Below, piece after piece: positions 60,901-64,000 of a stretch of DNA of 64,000 bases. Position 1 is the stretch's first letter. Each line of letters starts with the position of its first letter. The notes under the pieces were generated by a model, which was not told the origin of the DNA, ran no database searches, and saw only the letters and a program-made list of their open reading frames with translations. The position numbers and the translations under genes are program-made. Source of the DNA: Ramazzottius varieornatus (Eukaryota; Animalia; Tardigrada); assembly GCA_001949185.1 (NCBI GenBank), contig BDGG01000015.1, positions 687,036 through 751,035 on the forward strand. Direction: 5' to 3'.

Positions 60901-63611
60901 TGACAACGTGCGTCACTTCAAAAACAAAACGTTCTTGCCGACTTTAATTTTCCCTAGGTGGCGCACGTTCTCAGTGTTTCTGACCGATGGCAAGCGCCAC
61001 TTGAGAGAATGATCTGGCCCACTTTGCTTGTCGAGCTCCCAAACAGTACAATGTCATTTTTATCCAATTTTACTCCGAGTTTGTGTCAAGTATTTTCGTT
61101 ACTTTGTGAGCAAGTCGACAGCTTTTTGGCAGCACTGAGCTCCAACAGAAGGAATACATTGTCTGAAGGCATCACCAGCTTTGGAAATCTCGATCTGCGC
61201 CATACTGATCAGGCACATATCTTGGAACCAGGAAGACTCTTTTTGAAGAAGGATGAAGTCTTCTTCGGCTTCTTCGCCCATCTGTAGCATCTGCTTAAGA
61301 GTGGCGCGACGATACAGACTGTACTCCGGCAGGGCAGCTTTACGTTCTTCGGCCATCTGCACGACGCTGTCGAAAGTACCCAAGGCACTCCAGTAGTTCC
61401 CGCGGAAGGTCAGCGCGTCCGCCAAAAACTCTTGCACCAACCTGCATGCAACAAATACCATGATTCAAAATCTGCTAAAAAAATCTCGCTAGTATGCAGG
61501 AGAACATTCTTTGATTTTTTTTGTAATTTGGAAATATTATTAGATTCGTTGCGCGTGTGAAAACAGATTGGTGATTGGGTAGGAATGGACGATTACCGGT
61601 CGTCTGGGTTTTGTCGGAGAACTAGGCGAATGTTATTGACGCATTCGTTCCACAGTCGGTTCCTGTAGCAGAGGAGAGCTAGGCGGAGCGTGATCCATCG
61701 GACATCTTCCGGTTTCTGCAAGAAAGACGTCAAGCTATCCCGCAAGATGGTCATTGCTCTTTCGTCTTGGTGGTTGATCGTGCAGAAGTCCGTGTACGCT
61801 CTGATGATGCGCGGGTCATTCGGCTGAAGCTTGTACGCTAGCTCATATTCCTCCTTCGCCACTCTGTGCAGAAAACCATTCCCACTTCGGTACAGCACAG
61901 CACCAAAATATACCATGACTTACTCAGTGTCGTCTTCACCCTTCCATTTCCAGAAAGCTAGAAAGATATGGTTGATGGCAAAGTTAGGGTACAGTTCGAT
62001 CGATCGCAGCAAATGAGCGATGCATCTGCGCGGATCCCGACGCTCAGTATCCCACAGACTCCGAAAGAAAACGTAGTGCAAAATGTAGTTCTTCTCGTCG
62101 ACCAGCTGAGCTTTCTCACTCCTGTCAGGGTAACATAATACCCATCAAAACCCGTTACAAATAACAAACAATTTTCTTGTTGTTTTCTTACTGGACTTCA
62201 GCTGTTGTGTAATCTTTTCTGGTCAGCGCGATGTCAGCTTCCAACCCACTCAACAGCAGCATGGCATCATGGTCCCCCTCTAGCACCTTTCTACCTTCGT
62301 TCAAAGCCTTCTCTGCGCTACGAAGATCAGCGAGCTGGACTTGTGCATGTCCCAGGAAGAAGTACACCTGTTGATCCTTCAAGTCTTTCTTCACCTCTTC
62401 CAACAGATCCCTTCCTTTCACCACACTTTCGTCACTCGCACTCGCACAAACTAAGGAGACACCTAGGTACTTCTTAGCTAAGACACTCAAAGAGGTCAGT
62501 AAAGGTGTAGTATATACAGCCGGAAGGCTTGGTATGCCTTTAGCGTTGGACAGCGCCTTGTCCAAAAGGTCCGCGCTCTTCTCGTAGTTCCTCTCCACGA
62601 ACGCCTGAAAAGCTTTACCTATCCGCACCAACGGATGCTGCTTATCTTCTAGAGCTACTTGATCTTGGTAGCTCCAATCCGGTCGGTCTTGGTTGGAAAC
62701 TGTACCGGTCTGGAGGGCGCGACACAGGACGGCCATGTATATGACTGACGCGGCAAAGGCCGTGCCGAAGCGATCGCAGTAGTCACGAGCGACACGGACG
62801 GCGTCGCTGGTCCGGTCCAGACGAAGAAGGGTGTTGAGGTGTTCTTGTGGGAAATGCTGGTCGAGAGAGGTTTGGTCAAACTCGCTGAGAAGGTCGTGGA
62901 ACGTTTTGAGGAGGAGTTCAAGTTGAGAAGGCTCGAGCTCGCGAAGGTCCACCTCGTACTTCTTTGGCAGCATCAAACGGATTAGTTTCTGTCGGGCGTC
63001 AACTCGAGCTTCCTTGAAAGCTTGACCATCGCCGGTGAGGTCGATGAGACGGAGCAGGGCATCTTGAAGTCCTTCGGTCGAGCCTGCAGAAGAGGACTGC
63101 ATATTCGCACTGATCAGCCAAAGCAACGCATGACATAACCAGATTACATGGCAAAGCACGGAATGTACAATGACATAATGCACCACTTCAACGGTGAATA
63201 ACCGAAATTCGGATTTTTACCTTTCAGAATGAGTTGTTGCGTGTATCCGCGTAGCATTTCAATGATTTTGACTTGCAGCTTCTCGTCGTTGCCTATGCTC
63301 TCCAGCATTCTTCGATAGGCTTCCAAAAGCTCGTCGTTAGCCATGACTTCCGGTTGGTACTTGTTGAAGTATGCGATGATGCCTTGCCATCCCGGCATGG
63401 AGTCCGGTTGGCTTTTGACGGCGAAGCGAAAGCACTCAATGGCTTTCTCCGGTTTGTCCAGTTCGATCGCCGTCTTGCCCATCATGACTCGCGCCATGGT
63501 GTTGCCAGAATCTTCTCCGAGGATGCGATCGACGATGTCGTATGCTCGCTGCCATTCGTGCGAGTCGATCAACTCTTTTACTCGCTTCAGCCGCACTTTA
63601 ATCTCTCCCAT
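57979..63611 (-). CDS. SKIC3: SKI3/TTC37 superkiller complex TPR subunit, multi-exon; 3' end uncertain (stop at 57979 or an extra exon about 57701-57585)
   Basis: N-terminal EIKVRLKRVKELI...AV KSQPDSMPGWQGI; many TPR units; AWAAMGFIFL...AQNANPDLPEAWLGMA...EAMDLCRH; LQKALHLFP. Confidence 0.85.
59841..59966. mobile_element. Palindromic AAGTGGCGCAC element, 1 unit (TTC37 intron)
   Basis: CAGGAGCTGGCCAAA..GAACCAGATCG..AAGTGGCGCAC-25nt-GCGCGCCACTT..CGATCTGGTTC. Confidence 0.88.
60763..61041. mobile_element. Palindromic AAGTGGCGCAC element, 3 units (TTC37 intron)
   Basis: Three units and TTGTCGAGCTCCCA end. Confidence 0.87.
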
Positions 63612-64000
63612 GGCTTCAACGGTCGAAAAAGGCCCTGCGCCTGTCCTCCCAACCCTGTGTCGTAAGTTTCCTTGCGAAAACAGGTTTCAAGCTGCCAGCG
63701 AATGTATTCCTGTCAGAAAGTACAGAAGCAGAACATGAACACGAGATCTTTTTGTTTGATTTTCCTGATTTTTCAGGATAATCGAGATAAGCTGTGCCCC
63801 AGCCCCGTCGCCCTCAGGGGATCCAACAGGAGTTAACAGAGCCGTGCAATCCACCCTTGAGATACCAGGACCCTCCCCAGGTGGTGTCCTCTCCGATGTT
63901 TCCACGTCAGAAATTTTTTGGTCATTCTGGAATCTGGAAAAGTAAACTCCCGTTTCTGCACTTTTTATTCCCCATTTTCTAGGTACGGAGCCAGATTTAA

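Noticed and set aside
63660-64000. Splice-like signals suggesting the 5' end of a gene divergent from TTC37
   Set aside because: Truncated by the window end, with no identifiable frame or domain.

Overview
Gene-dense animal genomic DNA with short (about 55-110 nt) GT-AG introns. A compact invertebrate genome such as a tardigrade is my inference and cannot be proven from this window. Genes reconstructed by hand across splice sites: ArfGAP2/3 (3' end), a 5-HT2-type serotonin receptor, YEATS4/GAS41, a divergent orphan rhodopsin GPCR, an intronless secreted acidic protein, synaptotagmin-7-like, SF3A3, CCT2, TTC39C-like, asparaginyl-tRNA synthetase, a C2H2/U1-type zinc-finger gene, a domesticated Hermes-like hAT transposase with two tandem BED fingers, and SKI3/TTC37. 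A complete but decayed 3.4-kb two-ORF PIF/Harbinger-group transposon with TIRs and an AAT target duplication lies at 49884-53290. Several small TA-flanked MITEs are also present. The most striking feature is a dispersed palindromic element at about 30 loci (about 50 units), never found in coding exons. Each unit is CAAGTGGCGCAC, a 24-25 nt strongly diverged spacer, then GTGCGCCACTTG. One to three units are enclosed by TGGGAGCTCGGCAAACAAAC-like inverted ends. The conserved core contains AAGTGGC, the motif that the Hermes BED domain binds. A catalytically dead double-BED Hermes-like gene in the same window carries the element in three of its own introns. Together they form a candidate domesticated DNA-binding protein and binding-site system (hypothesis). 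All coordinates were read manually and may be off by a few bases.
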